NCBI GenBank assembly: GCA_963716745.1
Contig: OY970320.1
Location: 2,976,001-3,040,000, forward strand
Reading direction: 5' to 3'
Length of the DNA stretch: 64,000 nt
Source: an uncultured Gemmatimonadaceae bacterium
GTDB taxonomy: Bacteria; Gemmatimonadota; Gemmatimonadetes; Gemmatimonadales; Gemmatimonadaceae
In this document: positions 1 to 8,641 of the stretch, piece after piece
How the letters are laid out: every line of letters starts with the position of its first letter
Numbering within the stretch: position 1 is the first letter of the stretch
The notes under the pieces: generated by a model
Database searches by the model: none
What the model was told of the DNA's origin: nothing
The model's input: only the letters and a program-made list of their open reading frames with translations
Made by a program: the position numbers and the translations under genes

Positions 1-1
1 C

Positions 2-427
2 GACGACGAGCCGCACGTGGTGGTGGAGAAACGCGGCGGCGGCATCACGACGTTCCTGGTGGGGCTGGTTGTGGGCGCCGGACTCGCGCTCGTGCTCGCG
101 CCGCAGTCCGGCGCCGAGACACGCCAGATGATTCGCCGCCGCGCTCGCCGCGCCGCCGAGAAGATGGCCGACACGGCGGGCGACCTGGCGGACGATGTGC
201 GCGACAAGGTGGATCATGCGAAGCGCCGCGTGGAAGAGGGGATCGACAGCGCGCGAGACGCCATCGAGCGCGAGAAGCGCCATGTGAAGCACGCGGCGAA
301 GGAAGGCCGCGGCGCGGCGCGCGCGGCGCGCGAGGAACTCGAAGCGCGCCTCGCCGAGAGCCGCGCGGGCGCCCGACGCACCACCGCGACCGCCGGCGAC
401 GAGCTGGACGACGACGCGGGCGTCTGA
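2..427 (+). CDS. YtxH-domain (general stress) protein, probably 5'-truncated by the window edge
   Basis: Hydrophobic 'FLVGLVVGAGLALVLAPQSGAETR' motif typical of YtxH, followed by a charged helical tail; frame is open to the window start. Confidence 0.8.
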   Translation, partial: DDEPHVVVEKRGGGITTFLVGLVVGAGLALVLAPQSGAETRQMIRRRARRAAEKMADTAGDLADDVRDKVDHAKRRVEEGIDSARDAIEREKRHVKHAAKEGRGAARAAREELEARLAESRAGARRTTATAGDELDDDAGV

Positions 428-469
428 CGCGCACGCGCGAGCGCACCCGCGGCGCGCCGGAGTGACCCG

Positions 470-1384
470 ATGCCGCTAGCGCGTGCGCCGCTGCCCGTCC
501 GGGCCTGGCGCACGGTGAAGGACTATGCGGTGCGCGTCACCGACAATGCGCGCGACAATGACATCTTCTTCCTCACGAGCGCCGTCGCGTTCAATATCCT
601 GCTCGCGGTCGTGCCGTTCCTGCTCCTGCTGCTCGCGGGCCTGGGCTACTGGCTGAACCACTCGGTGATGCAATCGCGCGCCGACGTGTCGGACTTCCTG
701 CACGCGCTGCTCCCGCCGCACACCGAGTCGCCGACGTCGCCCTACGATATCCTGATCAACGACATCCAACGTACGCGGCGCTCACTCGGCATCGTCGGGT
801 TGATCTCATTCGTGTACCTGTCCACGCGCCTCTTCACGACGCTCCGCTCGGCGCTCGCGAGCGTGTTCGATGTGCGCGAAGCGAAGGGGATCGTGTCGGG
901 CAAGGCGTACGATGTGGTCGTGACCATCTTCGCGACCATCCTGCTGGTGGGCTACACCGGCATCGCGACGTATCTCAAACTCGCGACGTCGCGCGGCGTC
1001 TCGGCGCTCGCGGCCATCGGGATACGTCACGAGATGATGGGGCGCGTCGAGTACGCGGTGGCCGCATCGCTGGGAACGCTCTCGATCGCCATCATGTTCT
1101 TCCTGCTCTACAAGTTCCTGCCCAACCGGCCGATCCGCTGGCAGCCGGCCGCGGTGGGCGCGCTCGTGACCACCGTGCTCCTGCAGGTGGCGAAGATCTT
1201 GTTCGACTATTTCATGCGGTCGTATCGTCCCGGCACGATCTACGGGGGGACACTCTCCACGATCGTGATCATCGTGTTCTGGACCTACTACGCGGCGCTC
1301 ATCTTCCTCATCGGCGGCGAGGTGGGGCAGGTGTACGATCTGCGCCGCGCCATGCGCCTGCAGCGCGAGACCTTCGAGGACTGA
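470..1384 (+). CDS. YihY/virulence factor BrkB family inner-membrane protein
   Basis: Multi-TM protein with 'AVAFNILLAVVPFLL', 'LYKFLPN', 'IYGGTL...FWTYY...GGE' pattern of YihY. Confidence 0.85.
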   Translation: MPLARAPLPVRAWRTVKDYAVRVTDNARDNDIFFLTSAVAFNILLAVVPFLLLLLAGLGYWLNHSVMQSRADVSDFLHALLPPHTESPTSPYDILINDIQRTRRSLGIVGLISFVYLSTRLFTTLRSALASVFDVREAKGIVSGKAYDVVVTIFATILLVGYTGIATYLKLATSRGVSALAAIGIRHEMMGRVEYAVAASLGTLSIAIMFFLLYKFLPNRPIRWQPAAVGALVTTVLLQVAKILFDYFMRSYRPGTIYGGTLSTIVIIVFWTYYAALIFLIGGEVGQVYDLRRAMRLQRETFED

Positions 1385-1387
1385 GTC

Positions 1388-2410
1388 ATGGCGATCGATC
1401 TACGGAGTGATACGGTCACGCGACCCACGGCGGCGATGCGGCGCGCGATGGCCGACGCCGAGGTGGGCGACGATGTGCTCGATGGCGATCCCACCACCAA
1501 GCGGCTCGAGGCGCGCGTGGCCGCGATGCTGGGCAAGGAGGCGGCCCTCTTCTTCCCGAGCGGGACGATGGCGAACCAGACCGCGGTGTGGCTGCACACG
1601 CGGCCCGGTACCGAGATCCTGCTCGACCAGGGCGCGCACATCGTACACTACGAACTCGCCGGTGCGGCGGCGCTCTCCGGCGCGCAGCTGCGCACCGTGC
1701 CGTGCGATGGCCCGGTGATGACGGCGTCGGCGCTCGCCGCCGCGATGCGTCCGGCGTCCCCGCACGTGCCCGAGGCGAGCCTCGTGTGCGCCGAGAACAC
1801 GCACAACGGCGCCGGCGGCATGATCACACCGCTGGCGGATCTCAGAGCGATCGCGGAGACGGCGCGCTCGCGCGGACTGCCGCTGCATCTCGACGGCGCG
1901 CGATTGTGGAACGCGAGCGCGGCGAGCGGCACTCCGCTCGCGGAGTTCGCGGCATGCGCGGACACCGTGATGGTATCGTTCTCCAAGGGACTCGGTTGCC
2001 CGGTGGGCGCGGTGCTCGCGGGATCGAGAGCGATGATGGAGCGCGGCTGGTTCGTGCGGAAACGGTTCGGCGGCGGGATGAGACAATCGGGCGTGCTCGC
2101 CGCGGCCGCGGTGTACGCGCTGGACCATCATCTCGCGCGCCTCAGCGAGGATCACGCGCGCGCGAAGGCGTTCGCGAAGCGGGTGGACGGCGCGGGAGGG
2201 GCGAAAGTGGTGCCACCGGACACGAACATCGTGATGCTGGATCTGCCGGCGAAGCTTGACGCAAATGTGATCGTGAGGACGGCGGGGGAGCGAGGGGTGC
2301 GACTCACGCCGTGGTCGAAGACGCGGATCCGGGCGGTGGTGCATTTGGACATCGACGATGCGGCGATCGCGGAGGCGGGGGGGATTCTCGCCGAACTACT
2401 CACGGCGTGA
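1388..2410 (+). CDS. ltaE: Low-specificity L-threonine aldolase
   Basis: [34 protein letters not shown] (PLP Lys) and GGGMRQ motifs. Confidence 0.92.
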   Translation: MAIDLRSDTVTRPTAAMRRAMADAEVGDDVLDGDPTTKRLEARVAAMLGKEAALFFPSGTMANQTAVWLHTRPGTEILLDQGAHIVHYELAGAAALSGAQLRTVPCDGPVMTASALAAAMRPASPHVPEASLVCAENTHNGAGGMITPLADLRAIAETARSRGLPLHLDGARLWNASAASGTPLAEFAACADTVMVSFSKGLGCPVGAVLAGSRAMMERGWFVRKRFGGGMRQSGVLAAAAVYALDHHLARLSEDHARAKAFAKRVDGAGGAKVVPPDTNIVMLDLPAKLDANVIVRTAGERGVRLTPWSKTRIRAVVHLDIDDAAIAEAGGILAELLTA

Positions 2411-2680
2411 GTCGTGAGTCGCACCCCAGACCCCCGTACGTCGTACCCCGAACACCGTGAGTACCGAGTCGTGCGTCGTACTGACTGTGAGGCGTGACTC
2501 GCAACCCAAACTCCGTGAGTCGTGAGTTAACTCACGAGGTAAGCGTTGCGAGTCACGGGCTCCGGGCCGCGACTCACGGTGGTCGGGTCGCGGTCCGGGC
2601 CGCGACTCACGGTGGTCGGGTCGCGACGCACGCACCACAATCTGTACGACGCACGACTCGGTACTCACGGCGTTCGGGTT
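2407..2680. repeat. Family A palindromic intergenic element, copy 1
   Basis: Arms cccgaacaccgtgagtaccgagtcgtgcgtcgtac (2447-2481) and gtacgacgcacgactcggtactcacggcgttcggg (2644-2678); internal direct repeat tccgggccgcgactcacggtggtcgggtcgcg x2 (2561-2625). Confidence 0.9.
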
Positions 2681-2707
2681 TGCCTGAGACCTCCCATGCG
2701 CTAGATT
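2680..2707 (+). promoter_or_regulatory. Putative sigma70 promoter of ffs
   Basis: TTGCCT-N16-TAGATT, 7 nt upstream of the SRP RNA 5' stem. Confidence 0.5.
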
Positions 2708-2714
2708 ATTAACT

Positions 2715-2810
2715 GCTCCAGGTCCCGGAGGGCGCCAGTGCGTCAACCCCGCCAGGACCGAGAGGTAGCAACGGTACACGTTGCGAACGTCGCTTCGGAC
2801 GGCCTGGAGC
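2715..2810 (+). ncRNA. ffs: Signal recognition particle RNA (small, 4.5S type)
   Basis: Long hairpin closed by gctccagg/cctggagc; helix-8 core 'ccaggaccgagaggtagcaacgg' with a GNRA loop; canonical position upstream of dnaX. Confidence 0.9.
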
Positions 2811-2874
2811 ACTGCGTGGGGATCCGAAGGCCGCAAGTGGCGGTCGCGGTCCCGCGCTCGACTCGACGCGAACG

Positions 2875-2910
2875 AGAGCCTGGCGCCGGTGGCGCCGGGC
2901 TCTAGTTTTT
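2875..2910 (+). terminator. Intrinsic terminator-like hairpin after ffs
   Basis: agagcctggcgcc-ggt-ggcgccgggctct followed by agtttttt. Confidence 0.65.
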
Positions 2911-2918
2911 CGAGGACC

Positions 2919-4631
2919 ATGTATCTCTCGCTCGCCCGAAAATACCGCCCGCGGCGCTTCGCCGATGTCGCGGTGCAATCCCACGTCGCGAACACGCTCA
3001 AGGGCGCGATCGCGCGCGGGCGCGTCGCGCACGGCTACCTGCTGTGCGGCCCGCGCGGGGTGGGGAAGACCACGCTCGCGCGCGTGCTCGCCATGGCGCT
3101 CAATTGCGAGAACCGCGCCGCCGACGGCGAGCCGTGCGGCGAATGCGAGTCGTGCAAGCGGGTCTGGAGCGGATCCACCGCGCTCGACGTCGTCGAGATC
3201 GACGCCGCGTCGAATCGCGGCGTGGACGACGCGCGCGAATTGCGCGAGCGGGCGATGTACGCGCCGAACAGCGACACCGGCTACAAGGTGTACATCGTGG
3301 ACGAAGCGCACATGCTCACGCGCGAGGCATGGAACACTCTGCTCAAGATCCTCGAGGAGCCGCCGCCGCGCGTCGTGTTCGTGTTCGCCACCACCGAGCC
3401 GCAGAAGATCGCGCAGGCCGCCGCGCCGGTGCTGAGCCGGCTCCAGCGATTCGACTTCAAGCGCATCGGCCCGGCCGATGTGCGCACGCGCCTCGCCTCG
3501 GTGCTCGCGGCTGAGAAGGTGAAGTCCGAACCTGAAGCGCTCGTCATGCTCTCGCGCGCCGCCGACGGATCCATGCGCGACGCGCTCTCCCTCGCCGACC
3601 AGGCGCTCTCCCTCGGCGACGGCACGCTCACCGCCGCGCGCGTGCGCGAAGCGCTCGGACTCGTCGCCGAGGATGAATATCTCGCGATGCTCGACATCAT
3701 CCTCGAGCGCCGCGCCGCCGATGTCTTTCCCGCCGTCGCGCGCCTCGTGGACCAGGGCGTGGATCTGCCGGGATTCCTCACCGGGTTCGCCGATGTGCTG
3801 CGGTCGCTGCTCACAGTGCAGCTGGGCGGGGGCGGGGACGATCTCTCGGAGACCCTCAAGACGGCGCTGGGCGCTAGACGCTCGGCGCTAGGAAACGGCG
3901 ACGTGCTGCGCATGCTCACGGCGCTCACGGAACTCGAGCCGAGGTTCCGCCGCTCGGGGCAGCAGCAGCTACTGCTCGAGACGATCCTTGTCCGTTTCGC
4001 TTTGTTGGATCACACGGTTGAGCTTGAGCAACTGCTGGGCGCCCTTGGTTCACCGAGTGGCGGTGCGGGCGGACCTTCCTCAAGCACGTCCGACGTTCGG
4101 GACTCGGGACTCGGGACTCGCCGCGGGATGCGGGAGGGAGCGGCGAATGCGGACGCCGCGCCCGTCAGTTCATCGCCTCCCGCGGCGAGTCCCGAGCCCC
4201 GAGTCCCGAACCCCGCGGAGAGCTTGGGTTCGACTTCTCCCGTTACTCTCGAGTCCCTCGCAGGATCCTGGCAGCGCGTCGTGAGCGCCGTCAGCGCGGG
4301 AGGCCGAGGCATGCTCAGCGCCGCTCTCGCCCACGCCAAACCCGTGGCCGTCGCGGAGAGCGGCACCATCACGCTCGAGCTCACGCCCGACGGCGCGCTG
4401 TACGAGCAGCCGCTCGCGAGTGGCGCGGCCGACGTACTCGCCGCCATCGCGACGCTCTTCGGCGGCGCCACGAAGCTCAGCGTCCGCGTCGCGACCTCGG
4501 GCACCGCCGACGCGGCGCCCAAGCGGATCACCGCCGAGAGCGTGAAGGCCGAGCGTCTCGCGATGATCCGGAAGAAGGACCCGGCTCTGGACGCGGCAGT
4601 AGATTCATTGGACCTCGAACTGCTCGACTGA
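2919..4631 (+). CDS. dnaX: DNA polymerase III subunit gamma/tau
   Basis: LARKYRP, Walker A GPRGVGKTT, Zn motif, EIDAASNRGVDD, DEAHML, LKILEEPP; start reassigned to ATG 2919 after gagga RBS. Confidence 0.97.
   Translation: MYLSLARKYRPRRFADVAVQSHVANTLKGAIARGRVAHGYLLCGPRGVGKTTLARVLAMALNCENRAADGEPCGECESCKRVWSGSTALDVVEIDAASNRGVDDARELRERAMYAPNSDTGYKVYIVDEAHMLTREAWNTLLKILEEPPPRVVFVFATTEPQKIAQAAAPVLSRLQRFDFKRIGPADVRTRLASVLAAEKVKSEPEALVMLSRAADGSMRDALSLADQALSLGDGTLTAARVREALGLVAEDEYLAMLDIILERRAADVFPAVARLVDQGVDLPGFLTGFADVLRSLLTVQLGGGGDDLSETLKTALGARRSALGNGDVLRMLTALTELEPRFRRSGQQQLLLETILVRFALLDHTVELEQLLGALGSPSGGAGGPSSSTSDVRDSGLGTRRGMREGAANADAAPVSSSPPAASPEPRVPNPAESLGSTSPVTLESLAGSWQRVVSAVSAGGRGMLSAALAHAKPVAVAESGTITLELTPDGALYEQPLASGAADVLAAIATLFGGATKLSVRVATSGTADAAPKRITAESVKAERLAMIRKKDPALDAAVDSLDLELLD
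3864..3891. repeat. Family F heptamer array in frame within dnaX
   Basis: gcgctgg gcgctag acgctcg gcgctag, encoding ALGARRSALG. Confidence 0.6.
4095..4211. repeat. Family D palindromic element (CGGGACT units), 117 bp, in frame in the dnaX linker
   Basis: Arms gttcgggactcgggactcgggactcgccgcggga / tcccgcggcgagtcccgagccccgagtcccgaac; 32-bp core identical to the intergenic copy at 17234. Confidence 0.9.
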
Positions 4632-4655
4632 CCGATCACACTCTCCGCCCCGCCC

Positions 4656-4973
4656 ATGGCCGATTTCATGAAGCTCCTCCAGCAAGCCCAGCAGATGCAG
4701 GGGAAGCTGGCCGAGATGCAGAACGAACTCGAGAAGCGCACCGTGTCCGCCGCGAGCGGCGGCGGGATGGTCACGGCCACCGCCGACGGCAAGGGGCAGA
4801 TCCGCGCCATCAAGATCGATCCGTCGGTCGTGAATGCCGCGGATGTCGAGATGCTCGAGGATCTGGTGCTCGCCGCGCTCACTGAAGTCCAGAAGAAAGC
4901 GGCCGCGGCGGCCGCCGAGGAGATGCAGAAGGCGACGGGCGGCCTGTCGCTCCCCTTCAAGCTGCCGCTCTAG
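4656..4973 (+). CDS. ybaB: YbaB/EbfC nucleoid-associated protein
   Basis: QAQQMQ...SGGGMV...IDPS...DVEMLEDLV motif; lies between dnaX and recR. Confidence 0.93.
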   Translation: MADFMKLLQQAQQMQGKLAEMQNELEKRTVSAASGGGMVTATADGKGQIRAIKIDPSVVNAADVEMLEDLVLAALTEVQKKAAAAAAEEMQKATGGLSLPFKLPL

Positions 4974-4980
4974 GCGCGCG

Positions 4981-5568
4981 ATGTCGGCGATCGAAGACCT
5001 CGCCGCCGAGCTCGCGAAGCTGCCCGGCATCGGGCGGAAGACCGCGCTGCGGCTCACGTACTACCTGCTCAAGCAGCCGCCGGCGCAGAGCCGCCGCCTC
5101 GCGGAAGCGCTCGGCCTGCTCGTGGAACGGGTGCGCCGCTGCTCCGTATGCGCGAATCTCACCGAGGCGGACCCGTGCGCGATCTGCACCGATCCGCGTC
5201 GCGACCGCGCGGTGCTATGCGTGGTGGAGGAGAGCGCCGACATCGGCGCGATCGAGCGCGCCGGTGAATTCCGCGGCGTGTATCACGTGCTCGGCGGACG
5301 ATTGAGCCCGCTGGATGGCGTGGGCCCCGAGGACCTGACCGTCACGCAGCTGGTCGAGCGCGTCTCGCACGGGGCCGTGAAAGAGGTGATCGTTGCGACG
5401 AACCCGAGCCTCGAAGGGGAAGCGACCGCGCTGTACCTGCAGCGGCAACTGGCGGGGCAGGTGCCGGTGGTCTCGCGCATCGCGAGAGGGTTGCCGGTGG
5501 GAGGGGATCTGGAATACGCAGACGGGGTCACGATCGCCCAAGCATTGAGCGCTAGACGGGCAATGTAG
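4981..5568 (+). CDS. recR: Recombination mediator RecR
   Basis: LPGIGRKTA HhH, C4 Zn finger, YHVLGGRLSPLDG, TOPRIM EGEATA; start at ATG 4981. Confidence 0.97.
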   Translation: MSAIEDLAAELAKLPGIGRKTALRLTYYLLKQPPAQSRRLAEALGLLVERVRRCSVCANLTEADPCAICTDPRRDRAVLCVVEESADIGAIERAGEFRGVYHVLGGRLSPLDGVGPEDLTVTQLVERVSHGAVKEVIVATNPSLEGEATALYLQRQLAGQVPVVSRIARGLPVGGDLEYADGVTIAQALSARRAM

Positions 5569-5573
5569 GTCCG

Positions 5574-5730
5574 CCGAACGCCGTGAGTACCGAGTCGTGC
5601 GTCAGACTCACGATTCACGGTTGTCGGGGTTCCAAGAACGCCGTACAATCAGTTCGACGCACGACTCGGTACTCACGGATTTCGGGGTACGACGGACGGT
5701 GTTCGTGTCGCGACTCACGGCGTTCGGGTC
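5574..5730. repeat. Family A palindromic intergenic element, copy 2
   Basis: ccgtgagtaccgagtcgtgcgtc ... gacgcacgactcggtactcacgg, identical to the copy 1 arms, followed by three roughly 21-nt tcacgg...cgac-type units. Confidence 0.9.
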
Positions 5731-5810
5731 CAGGCCGTTCACCGTGGCTTAAGACCTTAGATAATCGTCATTCTGTGAGCGCTCAGACCCTCTCGAGGAT
5801 CACTTTTTAG

Positions 5811-6296
5811 ATGCCTGTCGGCGCCGCCAGCTGGTCGTTCACCGAAGACGATTATAGCGCGATCCTGCGCGCCCTCCAGCAATTCCTCTACGACAGCAAC
5901 GCGCGCAGCGCGCTGCTCGTGGACCGCTCGGGGCAGCTCGTCGCGACCGTTGGTGAGCAGCCGCATTTCGACCCGACGGCCTTCGCGACGCTCACCGCCG
6001 CGGATTTCAGCGCCAACGACCAGCTCGCACGCCTCATCGGCGAGACGGAATTCAGTTCACTCTTCCACCAGGGCGAGCAGGAGTCGATGTACCTCGTCGA
6101 CATCGCACGCCGCGTGATCCTCGTGATCCTGTTCGACAATCGCACGACGCTCGGCCTCGTCCGCCTGAAGGTGAAGTCCACGGTGGAGGAGCTCGCGCGG
6201 CTGTTCACGGTCATGTTCGAGCGCGGGCGCGACGGGGCGAGTTCGCCCAACATCCTGGCGGGCGCCGAGGATGAGATCGACCGGCTGTTCCAATAG
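5811..6296 (+). CDS. mglB: Roadblock/LC7 protein MglB (GAP for MglA)
   Basis: [36 protein letters not shown] and C-terminal EDEIDRLF helix; directly upstream of mglA. Confidence 0.9.
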   Translation: MPVGAASWSFTEDDYSAILRALQQFLYDSNARSALLVDRSGQLVATVGEQPHFDPTAFATLTAADFSANDQLARLIGETEFSSLFHQGEQESMYLVDIARRVILVILFDNRTTLGLVRLKVKSTVEELARLFTVMFERGRDGASSPNILAGAEDEIDRLFQ

Positions 6297-6310
6297 GAGA
6301 CGGAACAGCC

Positions 6311-6988
6311 ATGTCGATGATCAACTACGCCAGCCGCGAGATCAACTGTAAGATCGTGTATTACGGGCCGGGGCTGGGTGGCAAGACGACGAATCTCGAG
6401 CATGTGTACGGTCGCGTGAAGCCCGACACGCGCGGCAAGCTCATCTCGCTCGCCACCGAGACGGAGCGCACGCTCTTCTTCGACTTCCTCCCGGTGGACC
6501 TGGGCACGATCCGCGGCTTCAAGACGCGCTTCCACCTCTATACCGTGCCCGGCCAGGTGTACTACAACGCGAGCCGGAAGCTCATTCTGAAGGGCGTGGA
6601 CGGCATCGTCTTCGTGGCGGACTCGCAGATCGAGCGCATGGAAGCCAATCTCGAGGCAATGCAGAACCTGTATGACAACATGCTCGAGTACGGCTACGAT
6701 CTCACCGGCATGCCCTTCGTCATGCAGTACAACAAGCGCGACCTCCCGAACGCGGCCACGGTGGCGGAGCTGCAGGAACGGCTCAACCCCGGGTTCGAGG
6801 TGCGCGACGTCACCCGCCAGCGGGTCGCTCCGGACCCCTACCACGCCGGCGAGAACCTCGTGGAGCAGATTCCCACAGGCGAATGGGTGGAACACGCGCC
6901 ATATTTCGAAGCAGTGGCGGTGACGGGAGAGGGCGTCTTCGACACCTTGAAGGCCGTCAGCAAACTGGTACTCAAGACCCTCGCGTAG
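6311..6988 (+). CDS. mglA: MglA family small GTPase
   Basis: [46 protein letters not shown]. Confidence 0.95.
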   Translation: MSMINYASREINCKIVYYGPGLGGKTTNLEHVYGRVKPDTRGKLISLATETERTLFFDFLPVDLGTIRGFKTRFHLYTVPGQVYYNASRKLILKGVDGIVFVADSQIERMEANLEAMQNLYDNMLEYGYDLTGMPFVMQYNKRDLPNAATVAELQERLNPGFEVRDVTRQRVAPDPYHAGENLVEQIPTGEWVEHAPYFEAVAVTGEGVFDTLKAVSKLVLKTLA

Positions 6989-7004
6989 TTCCGGAGGCGC
7001 GCGC

Positions 7005-7700
7005 GTGAATCTGCCGAACACGCTGACCGTCAGTCGCATCGTCGCGGCGCCGGTGGTCGCCTGGCTTCCGTTCATCGCCACGTGGCCCGCGCGGTTCGGC
7101 GCGTTCGTGCTCTTCCTGCTCATCGCGATCACGGACTATTACGACGGGAAGCTCGCGCGCGAGACCGGCCAGATCACGGACCTGGGGAAGATGCTCGATC
7201 CGCTGGCCGACAAGTTGCTGGTGTTCGCGACGTTCATCCCGATGTTCGTGCTGGTGGGCTCGGGGAACTCGCTCTCGATCTGGTCGCCGCACGCGATGCC
7301 GTTCGACCTCAGCGTGCAGGGGCCGTTCCCGTACGTCACGCCGCTCGGGATGATCGGACTCCCGTGGTGGATCCTCGCGATCGTACTCGGGCGCGAGGTG
7401 ACGATGACGGTGTTCCGCTGGTGGGCGCGGCGGCGCGGCGTGGTGATCGCCGCGAGCGGATCCGCGAAGTGGAAAACGGGGCTGCAGCTCGCGTGGGTGG
7501 GCGCGAGTCTCTTCTGGTTTGGCGCCGCGACGGCGATCGCCGAATATCATTTGCAGGGCGCGGGTTGGACCGCGGCCGCGATGTTCATCGGCATCTCGAA
7601 CGTGGTGTCGATGACGGGCGCCGTGGGACTCACCGTCTGGTCGCTCTGGCAGTACGCTCGGCGGCACCGCGGGCTCATCGCCGGCGCGCTCGCGACCTAG
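7005..7700 (+). CDS. pgsA: CDP-alcohol phosphatidyltransferase (PgsA-like)
   Basis: MNLPNTLTVSRI; CDP-OH motif TDYYDGKLAR...GKMLDPLADK; GTG start. Confidence 0.88.
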   Translation: MNLPNTLTVSRIVAAPVVAWLPFIATWPARFGAFVLFLLIAITDYYDGKLARETGQITDLGKMLDPLADKLLVFATFIPMFVLVGSGNSLSIWSPHAMPFDLSVQGPFPYVTPLGMIGLPWWILAIVLGREVTMTVFRWWARRRGVVIAASGSAKWKTGLQLAWVGASLFWFGAATAIAEYHLQGAGWTAAAMFIGISNVVSMTGAVGLTVWSLWQYARRHRGLIAGALAT

Positions 7701-7709
7701 CTCCGGCAA

Positions 7710-8594
7710 ATGGCCGACTTCGGCGTCCAGCCGCCCGGCTTCCGGCTGCCGCCGGAAACGCATGTCGGACGCGTGCGGCTGCAGGTGGGCGACCTCGACC
7801 GCTCCCTCGCCTACTACGTGGGTCTGCTCGGATTCCGGGTGCTGGAGCGCGCGCCGGGCCGCGCCGAACTCGGAGTGGACCGTCCGCTCATCGAGCTGCA
7901 CGAACTGAAAGGTGCGCGCCGCGTGCCGCGCCGCGGGCGGCATGGGCTGTTCCACTTCGCCATCCTGCTGCCCGACCGCGCGTCGCTCGGCCGCATCTAC
8001 GCGCGGCTCGAGTCGGCGGGGATCCAAGTGGGATCGGCGGACCATGCCGTGAGCGAGGCGCTGTACCTCACCGATCCCGACGGACTCGGCATCGAGATCT
8101 ACGCCGACCGTCCGCGTTCGGAATGGGTGCGCCGCGGCGCCGAGCTGCACATGGTGAGCGAGCCTTTGGACGTCGGTTCGCTCACGCGCGCCGCGGGGAA
8201 GGAGCCGTGGACCGGAATGCCCAAGGGCACCGTGATCGGCCACGCGCATCTGCACGTCGAGAGTCTGGAGAAATCGGTCGCGTTCTATCACAACGCGCTC
8301 GGACTCGATCTCATCGTGTGGAGCTATCCCGGCGCGATCTTCCTGTCGGCGGGCGGGTACCACCACCACCTCGGAGCGAACACATGGGCGGGTGCCGGCG
8401 CGACGGCCCCGGAGGCGGATGAGGCGCGCTTGATCGATTGGGAGCTGCTGCTGCCGGGTTCCTTGTCATCTGTTGTTGCGAGCTTGGAGGGTGCGGGGCA
8501 CGGGGTGGAGCGTCTGCCTGACGGCGCAGTGCGAGTCTTGGATCCATCGGGGACGGCGGTCCGTATTGTGGGGGACGGGACAGGGCAGACTTAG
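7710..8594 (+). CDS. VOC family protein (CatE/catechol 2,3-dioxygenase-like)
   Basis: GLFHFAILLP, DHAVSEALYLTDPDGLGIEIYADRP, GHAHLHV, GGYHHHLGANTW. Confidence 0.85.
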   Translation: MADFGVQPPGFRLPPETHVGRVRLQVGDLDRSLAYYVGLLGFRVLERAPGRAELGVDRPLIELHELKGARRVPRRGRHGLFHFAILLPDRASLGRIYARLESAGIQVGSADHAVSEALYLTDPDGLGIEIYADRPRSEWVRRGAELHMVSEPLDVGSLTRAAGKEPWTGMPKGTVIGHAHLHVESLEKSVAFYHNALGLDLIVWSYPGAIFLSAGGYHHHLGANTWAGAGATAPEADEARLIDWELLLPGSLSSVVASLEGAGHGVERLPDGAVRVLDPSGTAVRIVGDGTGQT

Positions 8595-8618
8595 ACATTA
8601 GACTGAGACGTTAGACTG
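8587..8618. repeat. Family C element, single arm; supplies the stop codon of the VOC gene
   Basis: cagacttagacattagactgagacgttagact. Confidence 0.7.
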
Positions 8619-8641
8619 CTCTTCCTCCGACCTTACTCGCC

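Noticed and set aside
2407..2680. Possible mini-CRISPR array (direct repeat of about 33 bp)
   Set aside because: Only two adjacent copies with no spacer, embedded in an inverted-repeat element; no cas genes in the window.
3950..4260. Programmed -1 frameshift or slippage site producing DnaX gamma
   Set aside because: No A-AAA-AAG, poly-A or other X-XXY-YYZ slippery run visible upstream of the hairpin.
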